A stretch of DNA of 64,000 nucleotides from an uncultured SAR86 cluster bacterium (GTDB lineage Bacteria > Pseudomonadota > Gammaproteobacteria > Magnimaribacterales > D2472), in NCBI GenBank assembly GCA_902613705.1, contig CACMIG010000001.1, forward strand, positions 181,706 to 245,705. The letters run 5' to 3'. The translations under genes were made by a program, and so were the position numbers. The stretch's first letter is position 1. Each line of letters begins with the position of its first letter. Positions 28,932-37,602 of the stretch are shown one piece after another. The notes under the pieces were generated by a model. The model was not told the origin of the DNA, searched no databases, and saw only the letters and a program-made list of their open reading frames with translations.

Positions 28932-31214
28932 TTAATATTTAAGCCTAAATTTAATAGAAAATATTTCATTGTCTGGATCTTTCCAAGGATCTTTAAAGAT
29001 TTTAGAAGTCTCTCTAGTTATATTATCTTCAAAGACACTTCCTCCTTTTGTATATACCAGATATATGTAGGACAGAGGAGCAATCTCATACTTATATCTT
29101 ACTTGGAATGATGTAATTCCTTCAGAAAATGGACTTACTTCTTTATTATTATTTTTAAGGTAACCATTCTGATCAACAATTAAACTTCTTGGATTTTTTG
29201 CTTGTAACGCTACAAATTGACTTTTTAGTCTTATCTCATGCTTTGAACCCCTATACCAATTCATATTAATAGAAATAATTTTTTGAGATAAATCATAAAC
29301 AGCAAGATCATTGTTTTCTATCCAATTTAACCACTCTTTCTCGTTTCTTATTCTCGATGAAAATCCTACTTTAAAATCATCCACTGGATAAAAAGATCCA
29401 CCTATCTTTGCATACCTTCTTTTATATCCGTTGGAATCAAATGACTCATATTTATCGGCATCCTCATATCCGATCCTCCAATCATACTCCCAGATTCCAA
29501 AACTCGGTGATTCATAATCTAAGTTAAAGCTGAAACTTCCAGTATTTTTTACATAAGGAAAATCAATATTCTTTCTTGTAATGGTTGTATCTTTTCCAGA
29601 AGTTTTTAAATCCCATGTAAACTGAAATTTTGAGGCATTTAGGAAAGTAAATTCATTCTTTTGCCCAATAGTAAATGGATTTGAATTTCCTGAAGTATCT
29701 GAGTCGTAATTAAAATCTATTCCTAGTTCCAGCTCCTTAATTTCTTTACGCTTTTTAAAGTCGATTAATGTGATATTAGATCCTAGACCTATGTGAAACC
29801 AATCATTTTTTCTGAGATAACCAAAATCGTTTAACATTAGACTGTCATCAAAATAGAGTAGACTACCTGATCTACTCGATAACTGTGTTGGCTTATAATT
29901 AAATTGTGATCTAAAGCCAAATCCAGACTCACCCTCTCTTTCAGATGTAATTAAATCGTTATAGGTAGTTAGCTTGTTAGATTTTACATTCGCAAAATCT
30001 ATTACATTAACTGTAGCACTTTCATTTAGAAAATTATTTTCAACATGTGTTAAAAAGTAACCAATTGTTCTGTTATCAATTTTCTTTTTTGATCTTATGG
30101 CGTAAAAATCTTTTCCTTTTGTATATCTTTCATCCGACTCTTTAGCAACAAAAACTCCAAAATCTGTATTATTATTTTTTTGAGTATATCTAAGAGCGTA
30201 GTCAATATCGGTGTAATTTTTTCTTGAATCAACGCAGTCATCTTCATTTAATGATGATGAACACAAATAGCTACTTCTTGCACCAATTCTTCTAGTATTA
30301 ATAATTCTATATCTATCGTAATGATTTAAATCAAACAAAGATTGATTTTCATTAAAAAAAGCGCGTTTTTCAGAATAGAAAGTTTCTTGTGCAGAAAAAT
30401 TAACAATAACTTCGTCACTCTCTGCCTGACCAAAGTCTGGATTGATTGTAAGATTAATTTGTTTCCCTGTGCCAGTATTTAAAAATATTTCTGCTCCAAT
30501 CTTATCTTCATTAAAGCTTGTGACTGAGTTGTGAGTTTTTGCAATAAATGGAAAAAAATTGATCTTTCTTTTAGAAAAATTGTTTACCTCTATTGCTCTT
30601 AGATTTGAAAGAAAATTTGTTCTAAACCCACTTGTCTTTGTATCATTTAGCCATAACTTTTCTTTTGCTAGATACCTATAAGTTGTAACATTTATTTTTC
30701 TTTTATTATTTGTCTCAGGCTTCATCAGAACAACATTCCAAGGTATTAAAAATTCTGAGACCCAGAAACCATCATATTTTTTTGTTTGTGCTTCCCAATC
30801 CCCATCCCAATCAAATTCGGGAAAACCACCCAAAGGTCTAATGCCATCTCTTTGAATATTTGCTAGGGTAACGATGAACATATAAGCTTTTGCACCATCA
30901 CTGTCAAAATCAATACCAACACCGTTTTGTTCAGCATTCGCATTCCATTCATCTCGTAAAGATTTATTTGAAATCATTGAAGAATTTTCTTGATAATTAA
31001 TAAAGCCGACATATATTCCTTCTTCATTTGAAAATATCTTTGCAGTTGTTTTTACTTTTGCTGGATTAAGAGTAAAAGGGACAACTTCATAATACTCATC
31101 TATTACGAATGCACTTTCCCACTCTGGTTCATCTAAATTCCCATCAAGAATAATTGTCTTACCAGATATAAGTGGAATCCAGAAAATTAAAATATATTTA
31201 GCGATTGTTCTCAT
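28932..31214 (-). CDS. large secreted protein, probably outer-membrane (760 aa): CBM9-like N-terminal domain plus beta-rich C-terminal region, DUF5916-like
   Basis: Signal peptide, then LDGNLDEPEWESA, typical of the carbohydrate-binding-family-9-like N-terminus. A long alternating beta-strand-like region follows, ending in the aromatic terminus FRLKY. The family assignment is from memory only. Confidence 0.45.
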   Translation of the reverse strand: MRTIAKYILIFWIPLISGKTIILDGNLDEPEWESAFVIDEYYEVVPFTLNPAKVKTTAKIFSNEEGIYVGFINYQENSSMISNKSLRDEWNANAEQNGVGIDFDSDGAKAYMFIVTLANIQRDGIRPLGGFPEFDWDGDWEAQTKKYDGFWVSEFLIPWNVVLMKPETNNKRKINVTTYRYLAKEKLWLNDTKTSGFRTNFLSNLRAIEVNNFSKRKINFFPFIAKTHNSVTSFNEDKIGAEIFLNTGTGKQINLTINPDFGQAESDEVIVNFSAQETFYSEKRAFFNENQSLFDLNHYDRYRIINTRRIGARSSYLCSSSLNEDDCVDSRKNYTDIDYALRYTQKNNNTDFGVFVAKESDERYTKGKDFYAIRSKKKIDNRTIGYFLTHVENNFLNESATVNVIDFANVKSNKLTTYNDLITSEREGESGFGFRSQFNYKPTQLSSRSGSLLYFDDSLMLNDFGYLRKNDWFHIGLGSNITLIDFKKRKEIKELELGIDFNYDSDTSGNSNPFTIGQKNEFTFLNASKFQFTWDLKTSGKDTTITRKNIDFPYVKNTGSFSFNLDYESPSFGIWEYDWRIGYEDADKYESFDSNGYKRRYAKIGGSFYPVDDFKVGFSSRIRNEKEWLNWIENNDLAVYDLSQKIISINMNWYRGSKHEIRLKSQFVALQAKNPRSLIVDQNGYLKNNNKEVSPFSEGITSFQVRYKYEIAPLSYIYLVYTKGGSVFEDNITRETSKIFKDPWKDPDNEIFSIKFRLKY

Positions 31215-31236
31215 GTTTCGGCGAACATTTTATAGC

Positions 31237-31806
31237 TCAGTCATATGAAAGTACACGCGATTCTGTAATAACTAGATCATATTTAATATCATGACTCTCG
31301 CCAAAAGGTTCTTCTAAGATTTGATAATCATATCCCAGTCCAACAAAAAGAGGTCTGCATTTTTGAGACTTTAATTGTTCAAGTGTTTTATCAAAAAAAC
31401 CACCACCATATCCTAGCCTATGCCCATTCTTATCTATTCCAACAAAAGGTATGAACATAGTGTTAAGAACTTTAGGATTAATATAGTCTTCATTCATTAG
31501 TTCATCTATGCCATATTTATTTTTTTTTAAGGTCTCACCCTCTTTGAATAAATTGAACTTCAATTCATTTTCAGAAACTATTCGAGGCATGTATATATTA
31601 TTGGAGTATTTTAATAACTCATCGATTATTAGATTTGTAGGTATTTCGTTTTTATATTGAAAATAGAGAAGGGTATTTTTAGAAGATTTTATATCTATTT
31701 CTTTTAGTACATTTTTTTGAATCTGAGAATTTAACTCTTCGATATCATCCTGACAAAAAAGTTGCCCCTGCTTAAGTAGTGATTTTCTAATTTTATTTTT
31801 CACCAT
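31237..31806 (-). CDS. ygfA: 5-formyltetrahydrofolate cyclo-ligase
   Basis: GHRLGYGGGFFDKTL motif and zapA-ssrS-ygfA synteny. ATG 31806 is preferred because the longer ORF-track start would overlap the 6S RNA 3-prime end. Confidence 0.8.
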   Translation of the reverse strand: MVKNKIRKSLLKQGQLFCQDDIEELNSQIQKNVLKEIDIKSSKNTLLYFQYKNEIPTNLIIDELLKYSNNIYMPRIVSENELKFNLFKEGETLKKNKYGIDELMNEDYINPKVLNTMFIPFVGIDKNGHRLGYGGGFFDKTLEQLKSQKCRPLFVGLGYDYQILEEPFGESHDIKYDLVITESRVLSYD

Positions 31807-31821
31807 AATAATTGCAGAGGC

Positions 31822-31998
31822 TAGCAAACCAGATCACCGCTATGTGCTATACCTGAACCGAAAGTTCAGGTGGTGAACATCTTGTCAAATCAGGCTTCCC
31901 TTAATGGTAATGCTCAACAATGACAGTGGAAAATCACCTATTTAATAGTATCGGTTCAAATTTATTAACACATTGGCTAATGAACCAGAATGTTATAG
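31822..31998 (-). ncRNA. ssrS: 6S RNA (ends approximate)
   Basis: It lies between zapA and ygfA, exactly as in E. coli, in a G+C-rich patch. The minus-strand sequence carries blocks resembling E. coli 6S RNA. GAACCGAUA matches E. coli GAGCCGAUA. UUGAGCAU and GAAGCCUGA are also shared blocks. UUCACCACCUGAACUUUCGGUUCAGGUAUAGC matches UUCACCUUGAACCAAGGGUUCAAGGGUUACAGC. GCGGUGAUCUGG matches GCGGCAUCUCGG. The 5-prime CUGGUUCAUU can pair with the 3-prime GGUGAUCUGG as the closing stem. Confidence 0.72.
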
Positions 31999-32030
31999 AA
32001 GTATAGTTTAGATAGGATTTAAGTTAAAGA

Positions 32031-32297
32031 TTATTTTTGAAGTACTTTCTCTATTTTTTTAATAAGTTTAGAGTAATCAACACTTTCTTTTTTAGTAGAT
32101 TTAGAATCATCATTTAGGAGCTTATTAGAAAGAGTTAATCCTGCAATTATCAGAGCATTATTTTTGTCACTTATATTATCTAACTCCTCATTTAATAAGG
32201 CGGCCGCTTTTATTAAATTATCTTTTTCTTTAGGTGGACATGCGATGGTTAAATCTCTTCCAAATATTCTAAGAGCTACGGTTTCAACTTTACTCAT
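32031..32297 (-). CDS. zapA: cell division protein ZapA
   Basis: VALRIFGRDLTIACPPKEKDNLIKAAALLNEEL matches the ZapA N-terminal pattern, and the position is syntenic. Confidence 0.8.
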   Translation of the reverse strand: MSKVETVALRIFGRDLTIACPPKEKDNLIKAAALLNEELDNISDKNNALIIAGLTLSNKLLNDDSKSTKKESVDYSKLIKKIEKVLQK

Positions 32298-32484
32298 TTG
32301 TGGCCTTCTTTAAATCTCTTTCCAAACGAGATATTTCTTTTCTGTGAAGAACTTTATCTTTTTTCCATTCCCTTTCTCTTTTTACGTATGAATCAATAAT
32401 TCCTTTTTGCTCTTCAAACCTTTTAATTAAAAGATCAATCCTCTTTTCTAAATCTTTTGAACTTAACTCGTTGTTTTTAGGCAT
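32290..32484 (-). CDS. small coiled-coil protein upstream of zapA (TIGR02449-like)
   Basis: 64-aa charged coiled coil overlapping the zapA start by 8 nt. Pseudomonads have a similar small gene before zapA. Assignment is by position and composition only. Confidence 0.4.
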   Translation of the reverse strand: MPKNNELSSKDLEKRIDLLIKRFEEQKGIIDSYVKREREWKKDKVLHRKEISRLERDLKKATNE

Positions 32485-32546
32485 TTTTATAGTTTAATTC
32501 TACTTTAATGAATTGGAAAGTTACTTTAAATAAGTAAAATACACAC

Positions 32547-33842
32547 ATGGATAATGCAATTTACAAAAGCAGAAGAATCAATCTATCAGAAAAACTACCT
32601 AAGAATTCGGTTTTATTGATTCCCGGTGCCAATACTCAGTATAGAAATGCTGATTCAGCATATGCGTTCAGACAGGATAGTAATTTTTATTATTTATCCG
32701 GATTTTGTGAGCCCGATTCTTTGATGGCCATAATTAATAACGATGATGGAATAAATTCTATAATTTTTGTACCTCCTAAAGATAAATTAAAAGAAATTTG
32801 GGATGGCCACAGGTCAGGCCCAATAGGAGCTGTAAAAGAATTTTTATTTGATAAGGCATACGATAATTCTGAAATAGATAATATGATGCCTGAAATTCTT
32901 TTTGGATGTGATCAAGTTTTATATCCTATTGGCAAAAAAAATGGCTTTGATCAAAAAGTAATAGATTGGACTACTGAAGCAAGCTCCAAAGATAGACACA
33001 GTAAATCTATTAATATTTTGGATGCGTCGTCCACGATAGGGAATGCTCGATTAATAAAAGATGATCACGAAATTAGTCTTATTAAGAAAGCCTGTGATAT
33101 TTCAGCAGAAGCTCATATCGAGGCAATGAAAAATGTAAAAAATGCAGAGTCTGAACAAAGCATTGAAAGCTTGTATGTTTACGAATTTTCAAAAAGAGGT
33201 GGAAGATTCCCAGCCTATACTCCAATTGTTGCTGGTGGTGAAAATGCTTGTGTTCTCCATTATATAGAGAACAATAAGAAACTTAATAAAAATGAACTTC
33301 TTTTGGTTGATGCTGGTTGTGAATATGAGATGTATGCTTCTGATATTACAAGAACTTATCCAATTAGCGGAAAATTTTCAAAGGAACAACTTGAGATATA
33401 TAAAATAGTTCTTGATGCAATGAATGCTGCAATTGATAAGGTGAAAGAAGGCAACAATATTATGGAGCCTCAAGAAATTTCTGAAAAAATAATTACAAAC
33501 GGTTTAGTAGAGCTTGGTTTATTGCATGGTGATCCTGAAGAATTGCATAAAAAAGGAGCTTTTAAGGACTTCTATATGCATAAAATAGGTCACTGGCTAG
33601 GCCTTGATGTCCATGATGCTGGAGATTATATGGAAGGAGATGACTTTATGAAGTTTAAACCAGGCATGATAACTACTATCGAACCTGGCATTTATATTAG
33701 TCATTCAATGGATGTAGATGACAAATGGAAAGGTATTGGAATAAGAATAGAGGATGATATTTTGGTAACAAAAGATGGAAACGAAAACCTAACTAAGAAA
33801 GCTCCATCTGATCCTGTTGAGATTGAATCATTAATGTCTTAA
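32547..33842 (+). CDS. pepP: Xaa-Pro aminopeptidase
   Basis: N-terminal creatinase-like domain (FRQDSNFYYLSGF). M24 metal ligands are in LLVDAGCEYEMYASDITRT, HWLGLDVHD, TIEPG and IRIEDD. Confidence 0.9.
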   Translation: MDNAIYKSRRINLSEKLPKNSVLLIPGANTQYRNADSAYAFRQDSNFYYLSGFCEPDSLMAIINNDDGINSIIFVPPKDKLKEIWDGHRSGPIGAVKEFLFDKAYDNSEIDNMMPEILFGCDQVLYPIGKKNGFDQKVIDWTTEASSKDRHSKSINILDASSTIGNARLIKDDHEISLIKKACDISAEAHIEAMKNVKNAESEQSIESLYVYEFSKRGGRFPAYTPIVAGGENACVLHYIENNKKLNKNELLLVDAGCEYEMYASDITRTYPISGKFSKEQLEIYKIVLDAMNAAIDKVKEGNNIMEPQEISEKIITNGLVELGLLHGDPEELHKKGAFKDFYMHKIGHWLGLDVHDAGDYMEGDDFMKFKPGMITTIEPGIYISHSMDVDDKWKGIGIRIEDDILVTKDGNENLTKKAPSDPVEIESLMS

Positions 33843-33846
33843 TACT

Positions 33847-35004
33847 GTGAATCCGGTAGTTACAATATCTGGTGGCGGAATAATCGGAAACTATATTTCA
33901 TCTAGACTCAGTAAAAATAACATAGAATCGTTAATTATTGAGAGGTCAAAAAGTCAAAATGTTATTAACGAAAACATAAGAACATTAACTCTTAATTCAT
34001 TTTCGAAAAAACTTTTAGATGATTTAGGCATAAAAGTTCCTTTCGCTCCAATAAAAGAAATAAGTGTATTTGATGGTGATGGATCTGGAAGTATTCATTT
34101 CTCTTCAAAAGAAATAAATGAAGAAAATCTATCTTATGTAGTTTTTTTTAATGACCTTCAAGAAAAGCTGCAAGACCACGGAGACCACCAAGTTTTTTTT
34201 GAAAATCAAATCGAGGAGATCTTTCAAGATAATGAAAACAATTGTTCAGAATTAAAACTATCAAATCAAGAAAAAATTAAAACAAAGTTTATTGCAGGCT
34301 GTGATGGAAGAAATTCAAATGTAGCCAAGATAGCAAAATTAAATGAGAAAAAATCTAGCTATAATCAAACAGCGATCACATTTACAGCAAGTTGTGAAAT
34401 TAAAGATGAATATTTAGCTCATCAAATATTCTCAGATAAAGGAATATTTGCAATTATGCCCTTGCCTGAAAACGATAGTAAATCCACACACACCATTGTT
34501 TGGTCTGTGGATAATGAAAATCTTCGTGATATTGAAATTAAAGATTATGTTAAAAACAATATTTCTTATTTTGAACAAAAGCTCTCAACAAAAATTGATA
34601 TTAATTCATCAATATTAACCTTTAAGCTTTTTAGTCATCATTTCGAAAACTATATTTCAGGTCATGTTGTTCTTGTTGGTGATGCAGCTCATTCCATACA
34701 CCCATTAGCAGGGCAAGGTATAAATTTAGGATTTGCAGATGCAGACGCTTTATGTGAAGAAATTATAAGTTCATATGAAAAATCTATGCATATTGATCAA
34801 GCTTTAACGCTTAAAAGATATGAAGTTAGAAGAAAAAATATGAATCTACTTATGCTGAAATCTATGGATTTTTTTGTAAATCTTTTTGGTTCAAAAAATT
34901 TATATATAAAGCTACTTAGAAATTTTGGACTGTCTGGAGTAAATAAAACACAGTTCTTAAAAAAGTTTTTTATTAATCATGCTGCTGGAAAGAATCAGTT
35001 ATAA
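33847..35004 (+). CDS. ubiH: UbiH/UbiF/UbiI-family FAD-dependent ubiquinone hydroxylase
   Basis: GGGIIGN dinucleotide motif and GDAAHSIHPLAGQGINLGFADA. It lies downstream of pepP as ubiH does in E. coli. GTG start. Confidence 0.7.
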   Translation: MNPVVTISGGGIIGNYISSRLSKNNIESLIIERSKSQNVINENIRTLTLNSFSKKLLDDLGIKVPFAPIKEISVFDGDGSGSIHFSSKEINEENLSYVVFFNDLQEKLQDHGDHQVFFENQIEEIFQDNENNCSELKLSNQEKIKTKFIAGCDGRNSNVAKIAKLNEKKSSYNQTAITFTASCEIKDEYLAHQIFSDKGIFAIMPLPENDSKSTHTIVWSVDNENLRDIEIKDYVKNNISYFEQKLSTKIDINSSILTFKLFSHHFENYISGHVVLVGDAAHSIHPLAGQGINLGFADADALCEEIISSYEKSMHIDQALTLKRYEVRRKNMNLLMLKSMDFFVNLFGSKNLYIKLLRNFGLSGVNKTQFLKKFFINHAAGKNQL

Positions 35005-35050
35005 TTCAATTAGCACACCTAAAAGTAACTCAAATCAAATGAGGTATAAA

Positions 35051-36049
35051 ATGAAGAAAATTTCGATATTACTTTCTGTGCTTTTACTTATTTCGTGCGC
35101 AAATGAAAATGAAATAGAAGAACTCACAATTTACACATCTAGACAACCACAACTATTAGAACCAATAATTGAGGACTTCTATGATGATACAGGCATCAAA
35201 GTGAATTTATTATCAGGAAATGCTCAAGAGCTTATGGAAAGAATTGATATTGAAGGCAATGATTCAATGGCAGATATTTTTATGACGGTGGATGCAGGAG
35301 TCTTATGGCAAGCGGCTGAAAGAGATATTTTCTCCAAAGTTGACTCAGAAATATTAGAAAGAAATGTACCTTCATATCTCAAAGATCCTGAAAATAAATG
35401 GTTTGGCCTTTCAAAAAGAGCAAGAACAATAGTATTCTCAAGTGATCAATTTACATCAGATGATTTTTCTACCTATGAAGATTTAGCTGATCCTAAGTGG
35501 AAAGGAAAATTATGTTTAAGAACGTCAAAAAAAGTCTACAACAGATCTCTTATAGCAAGCATGATTGATGAATATGGTTTCGATCAAGCAAAAGAAGTTG
35601 TATCTGGTTGGATTTCAAACTTAGCAACTGAAGTTTTTTCAAATGATACAAATGCTTTGAAAGCTGTATCAAGTGGACAATGTGGGATGACTATTGTGAA
35701 TACATATTATTTAGCAAGACTGTTAGATGATCCGCAATACGATAATTTGAATCTATTTTGGGCAAATCAGAATGACAGAGGAGTACATGTAAATATATCT
35801 GGAGCTGGGATCGTTAAAACTTCAAAAAATAAGGAAAATGCTATTTCTCTCTTAGAGTATCTTTCATCTGATAGAGCTCAAAATTTTTATGCCTCAGCAA
35901 ATAAAGAATACCCAGTATTGATTGGAGCTAAAGTGCATGGGTCTATTCAGGAATGGGGAGACTTCAATGAAGATAATATTAATGTCAGTAAATTAGGTTC
36001 TTTGCAGAAACAAGCTGTTTTGTTAGCTCAAGAAGTTGGATATAAATAA
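35051..36049 (+). CDS. periplasmic Fe(3+)-type ABC transporter substrate-binding lipoprotein (FbpA/AfuA-like)
   Basis: Signal peptide with lipobox LLISC, and YTSRQPQLLEPII typical of FbpA-like binding proteins. ATG 35051 is preceded by GAGG. No permease or ATPase gene is adjacent. Confidence 0.72.
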   Translation: MKKISILLSVLLLISCANENEIEELTIYTSRQPQLLEPIIEDFYDDTGIKVNLLSGNAQELMERIDIEGNDSMADIFMTVDAGVLWQAAERDIFSKVDSEILERNVPSYLKDPENKWFGLSKRARTIVFSSDQFTSDDFSTYEDLADPKWKGKLCLRTSKKVYNRSLIASMIDEYGFDQAKEVVSGWISNLATEVFSNDTNALKAVSSGQCGMTIVNTYYLARLLDDPQYDNLNLFWANQNDRGVHVNISGAGIVKTSKNKENAISLLEYLSSDRAQNFYASANKEYPVLIGAKVHGSIQEWGDFNEDNINVSKLGSLQKQAVLLAQEVGYK

Positions 36050-36056
36050 TATCTAA

Positions 36057-36293
36057 TTAGACTTTTTCGCCGCGGGCCCTTATTTCTTTAAGAACTTGGC
36101 TTATACCTTTTTTATCGATAATTCGCATACCTTTGGCGGATACTTTTAGGTTTACAAATCTATTTTCAGATTCAACCCAAAATTTATGCGAATGTAGATT
36201 AGGAAAGAACTTTCTTTTAGTTCTATTATTAGCGTGAGAAACGTTATTTCCTGTCTGAGGAATCTTTCCTGTTACTTGGCATTTTTTACTCAT
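36057..36293 (-). CDS. rpmB: 50S ribosomal protein L28
   Basis: [33 protein letters not shown] is a near-canonical L28 N-terminus. Confidence 0.95.
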   Translation of the reverse strand: MSKKCQVTGKIPQTGNNVSHANNRTKRKFFPNLHSHKFWVESENRFVNLKVSAKGMRIIDKKGISQVLKEIRARGEKV

Positions 36294-36349
36294 AGAATCG
36301 CGATTTTATAGAACAGAAGCCGACATATCAATACTATAATGAATTAAAT

Positions 36350-36844
36350 ATGAAAGAAATATATGTACTTAGACACGCTAAATCTTCATGGGACAATTCG
36401 AATCTAAGCGATTTTGAAAGACCTCTTGCAGATAGAGGCATTAGCGATGCAAAGAAGATGTCTAAATTTTTAAAAGATATGGATTTAAAAATAGATAAGG
36501 TTTTATGTTCAAATGCTTTAAGAGCAAAAGAAACCTTTGACTTAACTGCTGATGGCTTTAATTTTGAAATTGACAAAGCAACCTATACAGACAGACTATA
36601 TTTTGGTGATACAACTAATATTATTGAGGGCTTGAAAGAGCTAGATGAAAGCTTAAAAAATATTTTAATAGTTGGACATAATCCTACCCTTCATTATTTA
36701 GTAGAATTATTAACCAATAAATCAATTGACAGATTTACAACATGTAATTTAGCAACAATCTCTCATGATGGTGAATGGGTTTCATTAAACTCACAACAAT
36801 GTAGACTAAAATCATTAATTAAACCAAAGGAATTAAGAAATTGA
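36350..36844 (+). CDS. sixA: SixA-like phosphohistidine phosphatase (histidine phosphatase superfamily)
   Basis: LRHAKS catalytic RH motif, SNALRAKET and VGHNP. The size (164 aa) fits. Confidence 0.7.
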   Translation: MKEIYVLRHAKSSWDNSNLSDFERPLADRGISDAKKMSKFLKDMDLKIDKVLCSNALRAKETFDLTADGFNFEIDKATYTDRLYFGDTTNIIEGLKELDESLKNILIVGHNPTLHYLVELLTNKSIDRFTTCNLATISHDGEWVSLNSQQCRLKSLIKPKELRN

Positions 36845-37296
36845 AAAAGGTTAAAGTCAAAATATTAAATAAACTTATTGGCAATGAAATACCTATACCT
36901 AAATACGAGACTAAAGGTTCTGCAGGCTTAGATCTAAGAGCATGCATAAAAGATAAATTAATACTGAAACCAGGAAAAACTGAAATGATTCCAATGGGAT
37001 TTGCAATGCATCTTGAAGATGAGAAATTAGCAGCTCTGGTTGTTCCAAGATCAGGCCTTGGTTCAAAACATGGGATAGTGCTTGGTAATTTAGTTGGATT
37101 GATAGACTCTGATTATCAAGGTGAATTAATGGTTCCTGCATGGAATAGATCAGAGAGGGAATTTGTAATTAATTCTGGCGATCGAATTGCTCAAATGATA
37201 ATAGTGCCAATAGTTCAAGCAAATTTTGAAATAGTTGATGATTTCGAAAAATCAGAAAGGGGTACTAAAGGTTTTGGCAGTTCAGGTATAGACTAA
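36841..37296 (+). CDS. dut: dUTP diphosphatase
   Basis: [21 protein letters not shown] and [13 protein letters not shown] start in a TTGA overlap with the sixA stop. The N-terminus aligns with E. coli Dut. Confidence 0.92.
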   Translation: MKKVKVKILNKLIGNEIPIPKYETKGSAGLDLRACIKDKLILKPGKTEMIPMGFAMHLEDEKLAALVVPRSGLGSKHGIVLGNLVGLIDSDYQGELMVPAWNRSEREFVINSGDRIAQMIIVPIVQANFEIVDDFEKSERGTKGFGSSGID

Positions 37297-37301
37297 ATTT
37301 A

Positions 37302-37544
37302 TTACTTCTTACCAAATCTTTCTTCGAACTTTTGAACTCTTCCGCCGGTATCAATAATCTTTTGTTTACCAGTATAAAAAGGATGTGAGGCAGAAGAAAC
37401 CTCAACAGTGTAGTATGGGTACTCTTTTCCTTCCCATTCCTTTGTTTTATCTGTTTTCAGAGTAGAGCGAAGTAAAAAATATTCATCCACACTGATATCA
37501 TGGAATAGAACTTCGCGGTATTCAGGATGTATATCTTTTTTCAT
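37302..37544 (-). CDS. rpmE2: 50S ribosomal protein L31, type B (no Zn-ribbon cysteines)
   Basis: [23 protein letters not shown]...SHPFYTGKQ parallels E. coli YkgM rather than RpmE. The CxxC pairs are absent. Confidence 0.9.
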   Translation of the reverse strand: MKKDIHPEYREVLFHDISVDEYFLLRSTLKTDKTKEWEGKEYPYYTVEVSSASHPFYTGKQKIIDTGGRVQKFEERFGKK

Positions 37545-37602
37545 AATAAAATATATTTAGGATGAGAACTATATCAAAAATTAAATCCATTACAATTAAA
37601 AA

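Noticed and set aside
34979-35050. N-terminal extensions in the ORF track, for example 34979 for the iron-binding protein, 59373 for tyrS, 63039 for the membrane protein, 17210 for rsgA, 31827 for ygfA and 44403 for the alpha/beta hydrolase.
   Set aside because: The extensions overlap neighbouring genes or RNAs, lack homology to the orthologue N-termini, and are followed by in-frame ATG codons with better context (SD, signal peptide onset, or ATGA-type coupling). Shorter starts were adopted.
36334-36576. 80-aa minus-strand ORF overlapping the sixA 5-prime half
   Set aside because: It is antisense to a motif-supported gene (RHA catalytic motif). It would also have to start inside sixA and end in the rpmB promoter region. 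No motifs.
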